The translations under genes and the position numbers were made by a program. This document shows positions 27,639-38,327 of a stretch of 64,000 nt of DNA, piece by piece. Position 1 is the stretch's first letter, and the number at the start of each line of letters is the position of its first letter. Location of the stretch: the UHGV virus genome UHGV-1430452; one strand, written 5' to 3'. The notes under the pieces were generated by a model. The model saw nothing but the letters and a program-made list of their open reading frames with translations, had not been told where the DNA came from and ran no database searches. The stretch comes from a virus.

Positions 27639-28274
27639 CTAATTAACTTTTTCCCATCCAGCAGGATATGCCTCAGGGGAGTACACGTTGTTATCGATAA
27701 GTGAAACGTACTTCTCGTTATTGAATGTTATCTTATCTCCCTTTTTATATGCCGTCTCAGCGTTGATCGGCTGTTTAAATTCTGGATACTCAACGTTAGG
27801 ATCTGAGATTTCAACATACAAGGACGGAGAAACATCCGGCTTCCATTCTTCAGTAGATGTGAACGGATCTGACGCGACAACCTTATAGAATTTATCCTGA
27901 TAGATAAAGCGATCTCCTTTGCTATATGTAACTCCCACAACATATTCCGGATACATATATCTCATAATATAAGCATCTTTGTCAGAAGCTTGTTTAAGTG
28001 TAAGATCGAACTGCAACTCTTCAAGTTTCTTAGTTCCTTCTTCGATAGCTGCTTCTTTTTCTTTTTCTTTCAGGATATTATTGTAATGCTCTTCGTCATA
28101 AACTAGATGGTATTTCTTATCCTCTTCGTTAAGTTTCAAAGCATAACAATGTAATTTGGAAAGATCCACAACAGTATCATCGAGAATCGCACAAATATAA
28201 TTATTGCGTAATTGACGAAGAGAAATGTTAGTTATCTCTCCATTGACGTTTTCCGCTTCAACATAAACATTCAT
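27639..28274 (-). CDS. hypothetical protein (tail/lysis region)
   Basis: 211 aa. Confidence 0.45.
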   Translation of the reverse strand: MNVYVEAENVNGEITNISLRQLRNNYICAILDDTVVDLSKLHCYALKLNEEDKKYHLVYDEEHYNNILKEKEKEAAIEEGTKKLEELQFDLTLKQASDKDAYIMRYMYPEYVVGVTYSKGDRFIYQDKFYKVVASDPFTSTEEWKPDVSPSLYVEISDPNVEYPEFKQPINAETAYKKGDKITFNNEKYVSLIDNNVYSPEAYPAGWEKVN

Positions 28275-28290
28275 TGCTCATCACCTCCCC

Positions 28291-28626
28291 TTAAACATCA
28301 ACAGCCCCCGTATAGGAAGGCTGAGTTTTTAACCAATCGTATGCATTTTGAATTAGATCGCCTATAAGTAGTTTCTGAGCCTCATCCCATTCAATGCTAA
28401 GATAATCCATGTTGGTGTATGGAAAAGATGGCTCTCCTATGATTCTACCAGCCATATAATCCTTATCGTATTGACGACCTTCTTTATCAATGTACGATTC
28501 TACAATAATAGTAGCTCGCTGATTAATTTCTACGTTAATGGCGGCAATATGATGATAGCTTACTACTACACCATTAGCGGTTTTAATGTTTACTTCTATA
28601 GCCAAAATATCACTCCTAAACTCCAA
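28291..28626 (-). CDS. Small protein, paralog of 31069..31350; possible fibre assembly or accessory protein
   Basis: 111 aa; shared SYID and C-terminal LKT.P...GA.D with 31069..31350; each sits just after a fibre gene. Confidence 0.45.
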   Translation of the reverse strand: MEFRSDILAIEVNIKTANGVVVSYHHIAAINVEINQRATIIVESYIDKEGRQYDKDYMAGRIIGEPSFPYTNMDYLSIEWDEAQKLLIGDLIQNAYDWLKTQPSYTGAVDV

Positions 28627-31048
28627 TTACTTGTCTAAGAACAAACCTGTTATTGGTATAAGCAACTCCATTGTTTCCCTGTCCGGTATAGTTATTTTCA
28701 ACCCCACCGGTGAGTTTGCCATCAGATATGTTCAATACTTTAACACTCGCATATCCGCAAACTTCAGACATAAGCGTGAAACACCACGGTTTTCCTGAGT
28801 ATGTAGAAACAGCGCTTTTAGGCACGAAGAAGCTATGTAATCTTGTATTAGTAGCAGACCCATTATAATAGTCAGAGAATATCAATACGATTCCATGAGG
28901 TTGATTTGATACAGGGCTACTAAAAGTTATGGTATGAGTATTACTCGGCCATAAACTTCCGGTCCATAGTGTATTATTTGTAAACCTTTCGGTAACTGAA
29001 CCTCTTACAAAGCCATTATCAGCAGTAAACGTCATAGCAGTTCTGATACTGTGAGGGGAATATGAATCTGTTGGGGTCATGAGAAAATAATTTTCGCTAC
29101 TCCCATCAACTTTTCTAGCAAACATTTTTACTGTAGGACTGACTCCTCCTCTATCCCCTTTAACGCTAACATAAGAAGCCACACCATCGTGTGACTCAAA
29201 ATTTGCTAACATATCAGCAATATCTGCTCTTAATACCACGCGATACTCTCCATCATAGCGGCTAGTGTAAATTGTTTCAGTAGTTGAGGCAGCATTAGCT
29301 TCGTATGTAATGATTGGATCATCATCATCTTCGAAATAAACGAGAACATCGTCTGTAAATGCTTCATCGTTTTCGATGACTAAAGTACCTTTTACAGTAG
29401 ATATCTTACCTCTACCGTTATTCATGGATATTACTGTATTATCTGAATTTTTCCCGAGATCTATTAACGATTCACCAAAAGTAGCCAACTCAGTAATTCC
29501 GTTTCTCATTTCGATGTCTGTACTACTAATAAGAATATTTCTGCCAAGAGTTGATGTTCTCTTATCAGCAACCATAAGTCCATTAGCATCGAAACCGAGG
29601 AAGTTTGTAGCGGTTTTAGCAGCTTCTACAGCCTGACCATAAGGATCAATCCAGCTACTCCATGTTGAAGTTGAAGTTCCAACACGCCAATATTCTTTTC
29701 CAGTACCTTCGACTTTGGCTGTCTGTCTCGGATATCCTCCGCTAGTATCTTTGTACGGCATATCAGTTCGTAAATGACAGTAAGTCCCTACTCCAGACAA
29801 TCCTATAGTAGAACAATACTTGAATTCGGCAACTGATGTACTAGGATAATTATTTATGTAATATAGCGGCGGGTAATTCGAATTTTTGGTATCTTTTACG
29901 TCAAGTCCGTCGCCTTTTGGTCCTTGTGGTCCAGTAGGTCCTTGTGGTCCTGTTGCGCCTGTACTACCAGTTTCTCCTCGTGGTCCAGTAGGTCCTTGTG
30001 GTCCAGTGGCTCCTGTGGCTCCGGTGTTACCAGTAATACATACACCATTAGATGATGGAGTATATGATGTAGTGTTGTCTGTGTACGTTACCAGTGTTCT
30101 TCTCCAAATATACTTTCCATCAGCCCACGTAGGTTGACTCGTACTCCATGATCCACCTGTTAATGTTGTCGGGGAATTGGATGAATAGAACTGTTCTTGT
30201 GTACTTTTTATGGTAGAACCCAGTGTTACGCTCAATCCATTAGCAGTCTGTTCTAGAGTAGAGACCTCGCCTTCCAAATCTGTTACTTTCGAACTTAAAC
30301 CACTGGCAGTCTGTTCTACCGTACTAACCCTGTTTCCAAGAGAAGTAGTTTCCTGTACATTTGCTTCTATTCTGTCAGCATTTTGATCGATACTGGATTT
30401 AGCGTTTGTTAGATCTGTAGTGAGCTTCGATACATCCGAAGTTAAGCCATCAGCAGTCTGTTCAAGCGTGCTTGTCCTGACACCTAATTCATTTGTGGCG
30501 TTCACATTTGCTGTAATACGTTCTCTTTCTATGTTCAGATCAGCTTCGTACTCCGTTCTGAGGTCATTCACGGCTTCCCATGAACTATCACAAACTGGGC
30601 TTGTGTATGCATTTGACGTTGGGTTCTTATACGTAATGAGATATCTCGTCCATAAATACATACCAGTAGACCAGGTAGGCATGGAAGTTACCCATGACCC
30701 GCCTGTCTGTGTTGTTTTGGAAGTGCTTAAATAATATTGCTGAGTGATGCTATCAATGCCAGTACCAGTAGGACCCTGAGATCCTGTTGCCCCGTCGGTT
30801 CCATTCTTAGGTATGTAAGATACTGAATATGTTGTAGATGTATCACCCTCTGTATATGTAATGACGGTTCTGCTCCACAAATACTGTCCAGGTGATACAG
30901 AGGGGATTGTCGTACTCCATGTACCGTTTGGAGGATTTGTGCCTGACGTACCAGCCTGATAAGTTATGACTGTGGATGTAATTCCCTTGCCGTCTATTCC
31001 GTCTATAATGTCCGAGATAGTAACCTCGGCTTTAGCTATCACAGCCAA
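28616..31048 (-). CDS. Tail fibre protein with collagen-like G-x-y repeats and repeated coiled-coil segments
   Basis: 810 aa; GATGATGPQGPTGPRGETGSTGATGPQGPTGPQGPKGDG; repeated LEQTA.GL.S.V..L motifs. Confidence 0.7.
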   Translation of the reverse strand: MAVIAKAEVTISDIIDGIDGKGITSTVITYQAGTSGTNPPNGTWSTTIPSVSPGQYLWSRTVITYTEGDTSTTYSVSYIPKNGTDGATGSQGPTGTGIDSITQQYYLSTSKTTQTGGSWVTSMPTWSTGMYLWTRYLITYKNPTSNAYTSPVCDSSWEAVNDLRTEYEADLNIERERITANVNATNELGVRTSTLEQTADGLTSDVSKLTTDLTNAKSSIDQNADRIEANVQETTSLGNRVSTVEQTASGLSSKVTDLEGEVSTLEQTANGLSVTLGSTIKSTQEQFYSSNSPTTLTGGSWSTSQPTWADGKYIWRRTLVTYTDNTTSYTPSSNGVCITGNTGATGATGPQGPTGPRGETGSTGATGPQGPTGPQGPKGDGLDVKDTKNSNYPPLYYINNYPSTSVAEFKYCSTIGLSGVGTYCHLRTDMPYKDTSGGYPRQTAKVEGTGKEYWRVGTSTSTWSSWIDPYGQAVEAAKTATNFLGFDANGLMVADKRTSTLGRNILISSTDIEMRNGITELATFGESLIDLGKNSDNTVISMNNGRGKISTVKGTLVIENDEAFTDDVLVYFEDDDDPIITYEANAASTTETIYTSRYDGEYRVVLRADIADMLANFESHDGVASYVSVKGDRGGVSPTVKMFARKVDGSSENYFLMTPTDSYSPHSIRTAMTFTADNGFVRGSVTERFTNNTLWTGSLWPSNTHTITFSSPVSNQPHGIVLIFSDYYNGSATNTRLHSFFVPKSAVSTYSGKPWCFTLMSEVCGYASVKVLNISDGKLTGGVENNYTGQGNNGVAYTNNRFVLRQVIGV

Positions 31049-31068
31049 ATAACATCACTGTCCTTTCT

Positions 31069-31350
31069 CTAAATATCTGTAGCTCCCTCGAATTCAGGAA
31101 GTGTTTTAAGATACTCATATGCAAGTTCAATTGTCATATTAGGACTATAATCTGTCTCATAAGTCTTGCTCTTTTTATAAGCAACAGAATCGAATGTGTC
31201 TTTTTCGTCATTCCTTGCATGTTCATCAATGTATGAGAGAACCGCTATGGAATTCTGCCGATTGATTGTCGACTGAATAAATAAGATTCTATGATAGTTT
31301 GTAGTAACGCCGTCCAGTTGTTTAATAGCTTTACATAATGCCATAATCAT
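31069..31350 (-). CDS. Small protein, paralog of 28291..28626
   Basis: 93 aa. Confidence 0.45.
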   Translation of the reverse strand: MIMALCKAIKQLDGVTTNYHRILFIQSTINRQNSIAVLSYIDEHARNDEKDTFDSVAYKKSKTYETDYSPNMTIELAYEYLKTLPEFEGATDI

Positions 31351-31358
31351 CAGTCTCC

Positions 31359-33143
31359 TTAACTAAAAGTAATCTTTCCGTCCCAATATATACCAATAGC
31401 ATCATTGTTTGTTACATTTGTTGTGTTAGTAAAAACTACTTTAATATAAACACCAACTCCATATGTAGCGTACGTATCATATGAATCGGGTTTCACATAA
31501 ACAGAAGCAGCCGATCCGTGTGTATACTTAGTGTTCTGCCTTAATACAAAACCGTCCAAACTGGTAGCCGTTGCAGTTGGTGATCCTATTATTGGTTTTG
31601 ACATAGGAACCCAGAATGAAATATCTCTGCCGGAATTAGTCACATAACCAGCAGTTCGTAATGTTATCGAAATGGTATCTCCACGCGAATAATATGGTTT
31701 GTATGTACCTGGACTAGCCAAGTCACTAATACCAAATGTTATGTTATGACCATAAATATTCGTGTTGCCCGTTCTAGCATCCCAGTTTCCATACCCGACA
31801 ATAGTATTACCATATTGGTTCTGAGCCTGGAATGCTTCGTGATAAGTCCCATCGGTAGCATTTTTAGCTATAATGGAATTCGGAGAATCCAGAACCACAT
31901 CTTGCCTAAAATAAGCTTTATAATTAACATCAAAAGCGTCATTTAACTCAGCTGGTTTACCAATTGATACACCTTTTCCTCCAGCTTTAAAGTCGATAGG
32001 AAATCTAGCACCACCAAGAGTTTTCTTAACCGATGTAGTACCATTCTTACTATCAGTTACTTTAATTGTGAATTCATAAGATTTATCAACGTTTAACGCA
32101 TTATCTCCTACTACTACAGAAGCGCTTCCACTATTACCAGATGCAGAGATGGTTTTCGTGTTGGTCAACCATGACACAGTTACTGATGTTACCGGGTTTG
32201 ATCCGGTTAACTGACTACAAGACCAATTAAATGTAATCTTACAATAAGTTCCGGTTTCCTGTGTCGTACCGCTTGAATTACAACGAGTAACTTTCACGCT
32301 TGATATAGTTGGAGGCTTATACGCAAGTTCCCATACAGCGTAAAGAGTAATAGCAGCATTTGAAGTATAGTTAGCTCCTGCCGCATAAGCTACAGCACCT
32401 GTCGCAGACTTAGCCCAACCTTTAAAGTTATAGTTCGTCCTGGTAGGTTTAGTAGTTGATAATTTAAGAGTTACACCGTACGTTTTCGTTTGCTGTGCAG
32501 GTGCTCCACTTCCTCCGTTAGCATTATAAGTAACTTTGTAAGTGATAGCCTGCCATACCGCATAAAGAGTAACACTCGCATTTGCTGTATAACTTGCCCC
32601 AGCAGCATAAGCCACACCCCCAGTAGAAGATGTGGCCCAACCTTTAAATGTATATCCTGTTCTCGTAGGTTTTGTAGACGATAATGTAATGTTTGTTCCA
32701 TGCCATTTTGTCTGTTGAGATGGAGCACCTGAACCTCCGTTTGCGTTATAACTAATCTTATAGGAAGTTTTAGCCGCAACCGAGATCGATCCACTGGCAG
32801 TCTTAGTTCCAGCGTAGGTTCCGCTCCATGTGAAATTCATTTCAAAGGAGAACCACAAAGCGATAGATCTTGCTGATGTTCCCTTTGTAATAGTTACGGT
32901 TCCACTTGTAATTGTCTGAGAACTTTTACCACCTATGGAGAATGTTCCAGATTTAACAACTTTACCATCTATTTTGACACTGTAATTTTTCGCAACGCTA
33001 GAGTTAACAGTATATCCATGAGTTACCCATTTGAGTGTCCAAGAAAGTGTGGCAGTGGTTGCAGTACTACTTGACTGAGTTACTACAAGTTGAACCTGCG
33101 GACAGGATGAACTACCAAATTGTGCCGTTGTTAAAGTTGCCAT
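31359..33143 (-). CDS. Tail protein with two Listeria-Bacteroides-type (Flg_new-like) repeats; probable receptor-binding protein
   Basis: 594 aa; duplicated YNANGGSGAP.QQTK...TKPTRTGY.FKGWA...AYAAGA.YT.NA..TLYAVW. Confidence 0.65.
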   Translation of the reverse strand: MATLTTAQFGSSSCPQVQLVVTQSSSTATTATLSWTLKWVTHGYTVNSSVAKNYSVKIDGKVVKSGTFSIGGKSSQTITSGTVTITKGTSARSIALWFSFEMNFTWSGTYAGTKTASGSISVAAKTSYKISYNANGGSGAPSQQTKWHGTNITLSSTKPTRTGYTFKGWATSSTGGVAYAAGASYTANASVTLYAVWQAITYKVTYNANGGSGAPAQQTKTYGVTLKLSTTKPTRTNYNFKGWAKSATGAVAYAAGANYTSNAAITLYAVWELAYKPPTISSVKVTRCNSSGTTQETGTYCKITFNWSCSQLTGSNPVTSVTVSWLTNTKTISASGNSGSASVVVGDNALNVDKSYEFTIKVTDSKNGTTSVKKTLGGARFPIDFKAGGKGVSIGKPAELNDAFDVNYKAYFRQDVVLDSPNSIIAKNATDGTYHEAFQAQNQYGNTIVGYGNWDARTGNTNIYGHNITFGISDLASPGTYKPYYSRGDTISITLRTAGYVTNSGRDISFWVPMSKPIIGSPTATATSLDGFVLRQNTKYTHGSAASVYVKPDSYDTYATYGVGVYIKVVFTNTTNVTNNDAIGIYWDGKITFS

Positions 33144-34516
33144 TATGAATCACTTCCTTTCCAAATGAGACCCATGTTACCGTTACTGCGCTCTGCAAAT
33201 GCAAATCCGCCAAATGCTAATTCATCCTCAACTTCTGCTTTTCCGATTTTTAACGATTGGTTAGTTACATATGCCGGGACGGTTGTACCATCCATGAATT
33301 TTATAGCTGTATTGGTGATTAGAACTTTAAACGAACTCTCATTTCCAAGCTCAATGCACGGTTCGTCTCCATCAGTTGTGATTCGAATATAATTCGTTAA
33401 CTCTTCCAAACCTGTCACAGCATTTTCCAATGCAGTGATATCTCCACCTTGAGCGTCAATATCATTCTCCAAAGACTTTATTCCATCAATAGCATTCTGT
33501 AATTGAGTTAAAGTCTCACCCATAGAAAATATCCATCCACTTGATGTTTGCTCCATTAACGAAGCTCCGCTACCGTCAACAACCATGGTAGATATTGAAT
33601 CAGCTATCTGTGAAATCCTAGATTCTGCTTGTTCGATACGTTCAGTCAATCTATCGGCTGCATCTTGAGCAGCATTTTCCGCTGCTTCTAAGCCATTAGA
33701 TGACGCTAAATCTTCCGGAGCCGGTGTCCAGTCGGTTGCTTTGTTTCCGAGTTCGAATTTAACATTTCGAATTTTGCAACCTACCTGTGTTGGACAATAT
33801 ATCTCTATTTTGTTACTACTAATCAAGTCAGTTCCTTCTTCTCCTTTATCAGCAACGGTAATGTCCAATTCTTGATGTACCCAAGTAGTTCCAACAGCCT
33901 GGATTGAATTGTTTATAGTCATTACATATCTGGGTGTTCCGTTCGTATTATATACATTGCAAGTTGTACTTCCGTTTGGACTAACGATATCAAAACTCAT
34001 TTTGACTTTTTCCCCAACGAAGTTACTCATAGGAACTGTCAGATTATAAAATTGTGAAAAAGAACCTGTATCTTGATATGTTGCTAAGACATATTCATTA
34101 TTTTCATCAAATGGTAAACCACTACGACCATCACCATCATAATCAACGTCTCTTGTTCCGAAATAGTTTCTTCCTCCTATTTCAAGTCCGTCAATCTTAT
34201 TATTAGTGCTATTCGCAGTGTTCTGTGCATTAACCGCTTTGTTGTATGCCTGCTTCGCCGCTTCATACGAGCTCGATTTCGAAACTGACGAATATCTAAA
34301 ATTCCCATTTGTAAATACAGTACAATCCACGAAATATAAAGTATTAGTAGATCCAGCACTGTATGAAGGTTCCGTCAATGACCAATTACCGCCTGGCGGA
34401 TTACTTGTGGGTTTGGCCGGGATGTTGGTAGTAGACGATTGTAACAGATAATATCGAGTTACAGATTCTATATCAACGATATGGGATATTGTTATCTCGG
34501 CCTTCCCCCTAATCAT
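33143..34516 (-). CDS. Tail fibre-like protein with coiled-coil
   Basis: 457 aa; position in fibre cluster. Confidence 0.55.
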   Translation of the reverse strand: MIRGKAEITISHIVDIESVTRYYLLQSSTTNIPAKPTSNPPGGNWSLTEPSYSAGSTNTLYFVDCTVFTNGNFRYSSVSKSSSYEAAKQAYNKAVNAQNTANSTNNKIDGLEIGGRNYFGTRDVDYDGDGRSGLPFDENNEYVLATYQDTGSFSQFYNLTVPMSNFVGEKVKMSFDIVSPNGSTTCNVYNTNGTPRYVMTINNSIQAVGTTWVHQELDITVADKGEEGTDLISSNKIEIYCPTQVGCKIRNVKFELGNKATDWTPAPEDLASSNGLEAAENAAQDAADRLTERIEQAESRISQIADSISTMVVDGSGASLMEQTSSGWIFSMGETLTQLQNAIDGIKSLENDIDAQGGDITALENAVTGLEELTNYIRITTDGDEPCIELGNESSFKVLITNTAIKFMDGTTVPAYVTNQSLKIGKAEVEDELAFGGFAFAERSNGNMGLIWKGSDS

Positions 34517-34526
34517 ATTAAGCTCC

Positions 34527-35651
34527 TTACTGCTCTAACTGAGCGGTATAAACTACAGAATTAGTAACCTCAGCCGCTGATACGCTCAATGTCTTACTGG
34601 TTTTAATTGCTGTAGTTGATCCCTGTTTATACCATTTAATACTTCCAAGAGATCCGCATACTCCGGCGTCCGTGATTGACTGTTCAATAGCGCCTTTAAA
34701 TACATGAGCTGTTAATACAGTAGAGCCGGAATTGTTCTTAAATATAGTTCCGTTTGAGGAAGTAATGGTAATTGTAATAGCATCAGCTCCAGCATTACCC
34801 TGAGCACCTGTTGCTCCATGAGTTCCGATGATTGCTGGAGTAGAAGAAGCTGTCTGACCATTTGTATATGTAGTCTTCTGATATGACCAAATATATTTGT
34901 TTGTTGTTGTAGTTGCTGTCGGTGTAGTTGACCATCCACTTGTAGATGTAGTCACTCCACTTGATGCGGATGTTGTAAGGTAGAAAGTTTCAACCTTCGA
35001 TATGCCATTACCTGTAGCACCTGTCTGACCTGTAGCTCCTGTTGCCCCATGAGTACCAATAATGACAGGTGTGGTTGTGGTCGGAGAACCTGTAGTATAC
35101 GAAATTTTCTGATAACTCCACAAATATTTGTTAGTTGTTGTAGTGGACTGCATTGATGTTGTCCATCCGGTAGTAGAAGTAGTAACACCAGAAGGAGATG
35201 ATGAAGCCAGGTAGTAGGTTTCAACTCCCGTAATACCTTTTCCCGGAGATCCAGTAGCTCCTGTCTGTCCAGTTGCTCCTGTCTGCCCCTTCATCGCTAC
35301 CGCAAACGAGAACTTCTTATTTACGGTGATTCCATCCACTACTACAGGTATTGTAGCCTCACAAGCTTCTGTAATTGCAGCTGTTGTTGTGAATGTTATT
35401 TTCACGGCTGATGTTCCACTGTTTGCCACAGATGCACTAATTCCTTCTGGACAAGTTATATTAGCTGCTGTAACACTAACCGATGAACACTGATTTGTTC
35501 CGCAGAATGCAACAGCTTCTGTAGTACAAGTCAGACCAGTAGCTGTACCGCTAGTACCTCCAACAAAAGTGTAAGCTTCACTAGTTAACATGACTGAATA
35601 CGCGTCTGTAACGTCTATAATCGTAATCTGATCAGCTGATCTAATTGCCAT
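34527..35651 (-). CDS. Tail fibre-like protein with tandem Thr-rich domain duplication and short G-x-y tracts
   Basis: 374 aa; two repeats of about 75 aa ending in IIGTHGATGA.G..GA. Confidence 0.55.
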   Translation of the reverse strand: MAIRSADQITIIDVTDAYSVMLTSEAYTFVGGTSGTATGLTCTTEAVAFCGTNQCSSVSVTAANITCPEGISASVANSGTSAVKITFTTTAAITEACEATIPVVVDGITVNKKFSFAVAMKGQTGATGQTGATGSPGKGITGVETYYLASSSPSGVTTSTTGWTTSMQSTTTTNKYLWSYQKISYTTGSPTTTTPVIIGTHGATGATGQTGATGNGISKVETFYLTTSASSGVTTSTSGWSTTPTATTTTNKYIWSYQKTTYTNGQTASSTPAIIGTHGATGAQGNAGADAITITITSSNGTIFKNNSGSTVLTAHVFKGAIEQSITDAGVCGSLGSIKWYKQGSTTAIKTSKTLSVSAAEVTNSVVYTAQLEQ

Positions 35652-35669
35652 TTTGATTTTCCTCCCTTA

Positions 35670-37244
35670 TTAAACAATTAATTGACATAGAAATGTGATT
35701 TTTGTATCGACGTCTTCAGGACTTAGTGTGAAGGTAAAACCATCGTTGCCAAGTCGCTCATCGTCGGCTGATATAACTCCAAATGAATCGTCATTAAGTC
35801 GTTGCCAGCTCCATTCAAGGTATGCACCAGGACCAACTGCCTCTTTAAGGGTTTTCATATCTGTAATTCTTCTGCTTCCACGATAAATAACCGCCGATAA
35901 TACGGTGGCTACTTGATCGTTCTTAAATACAGTTCCTCTCGATGATTCAATCCTCAAAAGAGTTGTTACTTCATCCTCAATCTGGGTCATATGATTTTTG
36001 ATGCTATCAATCTCTTCTTGAAGACTTGGACCGCTGCTACCACCAGCAGACATTGATATGCTGTTTGCTGATATTTCGAGCTTATAAGTACCGTCTTCTG
36101 TTTTATAATATTTCAAGAAATTGCTAGAGTCTCCGAAAGCTATTTGCCCCTCATTATCGAGATAAATACCACGAGTATTGTTATCTACAGTCTCTTTAAC
36201 TCCAGAATATATGGAATTGTTTGTTATATTAAGTCCACCAATAGTTGCGCCAAAAGCAACCAAATCGCTAACTGATATCTTCTCTGCTGTTACTGATTTC
36301 GCTCTAATGACTTGTCCATTAAGGCTGTTATAATCAGTTTGTTCGGCTTCTGTGGTAACTCCATCTGTATTAAGTTTGTAATATAGACCGTCTTCACCTT
36401 TCACCACTAACTTATCAGCAACAATAGTATTGGCTTCAATCATGTCACCACGGATAGTAACACCGACCAACTCTCCTGTGAGCGTTTGATCTCCTACAAC
36501 CAAATCTTTAATAAGACCACTTTCAGTAAATAAGTTTGTAATAGCAGCTTTTCCGATATTGGAAAAATCGATATTGGCATATTTACCGTCAAGGTTGGCA
36601 ATTGTAGCGTTGATGGCAGTTAAATCCTCTGTGGTAAGATTCTTGAAGTTACCAAAGTCAGATTCTAAATTATGAATATTAGCGTCGACAGCTTCCAGAC
36701 TTCCTATTGTCGCGTATTTAATATCAGCTATATCGGCATCGAGTTTCTTAGCGTTTAAGTTTTCTATTTCCGCAGAATTAGCGGTTAGTTTCCCTTCAAT
36801 TGTTGCATCATTGGCTTTTAATGTTTCAATATCGGCTTTGCTAGCAGTCAATGTATCTTTAATAGTCACATTATCACTGACTAAGTCATCGATACGACCC
36901 ATCTGAGCATCGAATTCTTTAGTACTTACTTTGTCAGCAATTACTATTTCGAATTCTGATATTTGATCACCAATTTCCGTAACAACTTTATTACTAGCCG
37001 ACGGGGATGACGTGCTACCAGTGACAGTCGCAGAATGGTCTTTAATTGTCACAATAACTCGGTCACCGTTTTCTACTACTGTAGTAGATTTCATAGGTGT
37101 TAATAGATCAGACCCATCAAGCTTTACAAATTTCTCACCATTGTAATCGACTATTGTTCCAAAAGAGGTGCTTTCGGAAGGTTCCTTTTTGGTATCTTTA
37201 GTCGCTTTTACGAATTGTGATATCAAATCGCTAGAGAGTCCCAT
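35670..37244 (-). CDS. Tail fibre or baseplate protein, coiled-coil rich
   Basis: 524 aa. Confidence 0.55.
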   Translation of the reverse strand: MGLSSDLISQFVKATKDTKKEPSESTSFGTIVDYNGEKFVKLDGSDLLTPMKSTTVVENGDRVIVTIKDHSATVTGSTSSPSASNKVVTEIGDQISEFEIVIADKVSTKEFDAQMGRIDDLVSDNVTIKDTLTASKADIETLKANDATIEGKLTANSAEIENLNAKKLDADIADIKYATIGSLEAVDANIHNLESDFGNFKNLTTEDLTAINATIANLDGKYANIDFSNIGKAAITNLFTESGLIKDLVVGDQTLTGELVGVTIRGDMIEANTIVADKLVVKGEDGLYYKLNTDGVTTEAEQTDYNSLNGQVIRAKSVTAEKISVSDLVAFGATIGGLNITNNSIYSGVKETVDNNTRGIYLDNEGQIAFGDSSNFLKYYKTEDGTYKLEISANSISMSAGGSSGPSLQEEIDSIKNHMTQIEDEVTTLLRIESSRGTVFKNDQVATVLSAVIYRGSRRITDMKTLKEAVGPGAYLEWSWQRLNDDSFGVISADDERLGNDGFTFTLSPEDVDTKITFLCQLIV

Positions 37245-37250
37245 TAAATA

Positions 37251-38327
37251 TCACCCCCATAATTTAGTTGTAAATACAGCTTTCTCTGTAACTGGACATC
37301 CAGGCTCACATTTGATAGATTGACTAACAACTTTGGCTTTTATGTTACTTATTCCAGCTCGTTTATAGTTAAGACGTACACAATCATTTAACCGTACAGG
37401 ACAATACGCGTGAGTATATGTCACCGTATATTCAAGGCAGGACACTTCACGGAGTAATTGCTCTGCATATTTTTGAATCTGTGATTCGGTCGGTATACCT
37501 GACAAGCTAGGATTAGTCACTCGATGTAAAATCTCTCGACCGCGATTGATAGTAGAAGTTGGACTATTTTCGTCGTCATTAACTGCCCTACCGTAATAAA
37601 TATCGTTAGCGTCAGAGTATACTACCTCAACAACATTCGGTATTCCGTACAGATCATGATTTACTGTTATCTCAGGATACAAGATAGAACTATTATTATC
37701 ATCATAGGTATGAACAGGTTGCAAAGAGGCCGTATCCTGATCGGGAGCGAAAAGAATACGACCTAATTCGTCTAAACTAAGTTTATATTTTGCATTTGAT
37801 ATCAAATCCGAAGTAAATGTTATCCAAGTATCATCCGTGTTTGCTACAAAATCGTTATATAATTCAGTCTCATTGTCTGCTTTTATAACTGGTGCTCTTA
37901 CGTTGTCACGACATATCTGATAGGCCATTTTCATGATGTTCTCGCCTTTTAATATGGAATATCCAAGAGGTGGTGGATTCTCCTTTAACTCAATCAGTGG
38001 TGTGTAAGCGTCAAGAGTGTTGTCTTGTTTCTTACCGTCGAATGATGAGGATGGGGTTTGAACTAAGTAAGTGCCTAGAGGATGTTTCTCAGTTAATCCA
38101 TTTTGAATCGTAATGAGATAAACCCTCACATAGCACTCACCGATAGTTTCCGTAATATCTAATGTAGCTGATCCAAGTGTTTCAGCCCCTGAGTCTCTGG
38201 AAATAGAACACGATTTCACGGTATCTATTCGTTTCATATCTTTCCATGTGCCTGGATCGACTATATAGTATTCAAATGTCTGTTCCATCGACTTAGTCCA
38301 ATCTGGCATATCAGATACCTCCTTCAA
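37251..38327 (-). CDS. Tail/baseplate structural protein
   Basis: 358 aa; second gene after the tape measure. Confidence 0.5.
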   Translation of the reverse strand: MKEVSDMPDWTKSMEQTFEYYIVDPGTWKDMKRIDTVKSCSISRDSGAETLGSATLDITETIGECYVRVYLITIQNGLTEKHPLGTYLVQTPSSSFDGKKQDNTLDAYTPLIELKENPPPLGYSILKGENIMKMAYQICRDNVRAPVIKADNETELYNDFVANTDDTWITFTSDLISNAKYKLSLDELGRILFAPDQDTASLQPVHTYDDNNSSILYPEITVNHDLYGIPNVVEVVYSDANDIYYGRAVNDDENSPTSTINRGREILHRVTNPSLSGIPTESQIQKYAEQLLREVSCLEYTVTYTHAYCPVRLNDCVRLNYKRAGISNIKAKVVSQSIKCEPGCPVTEKAVFTTKLWG

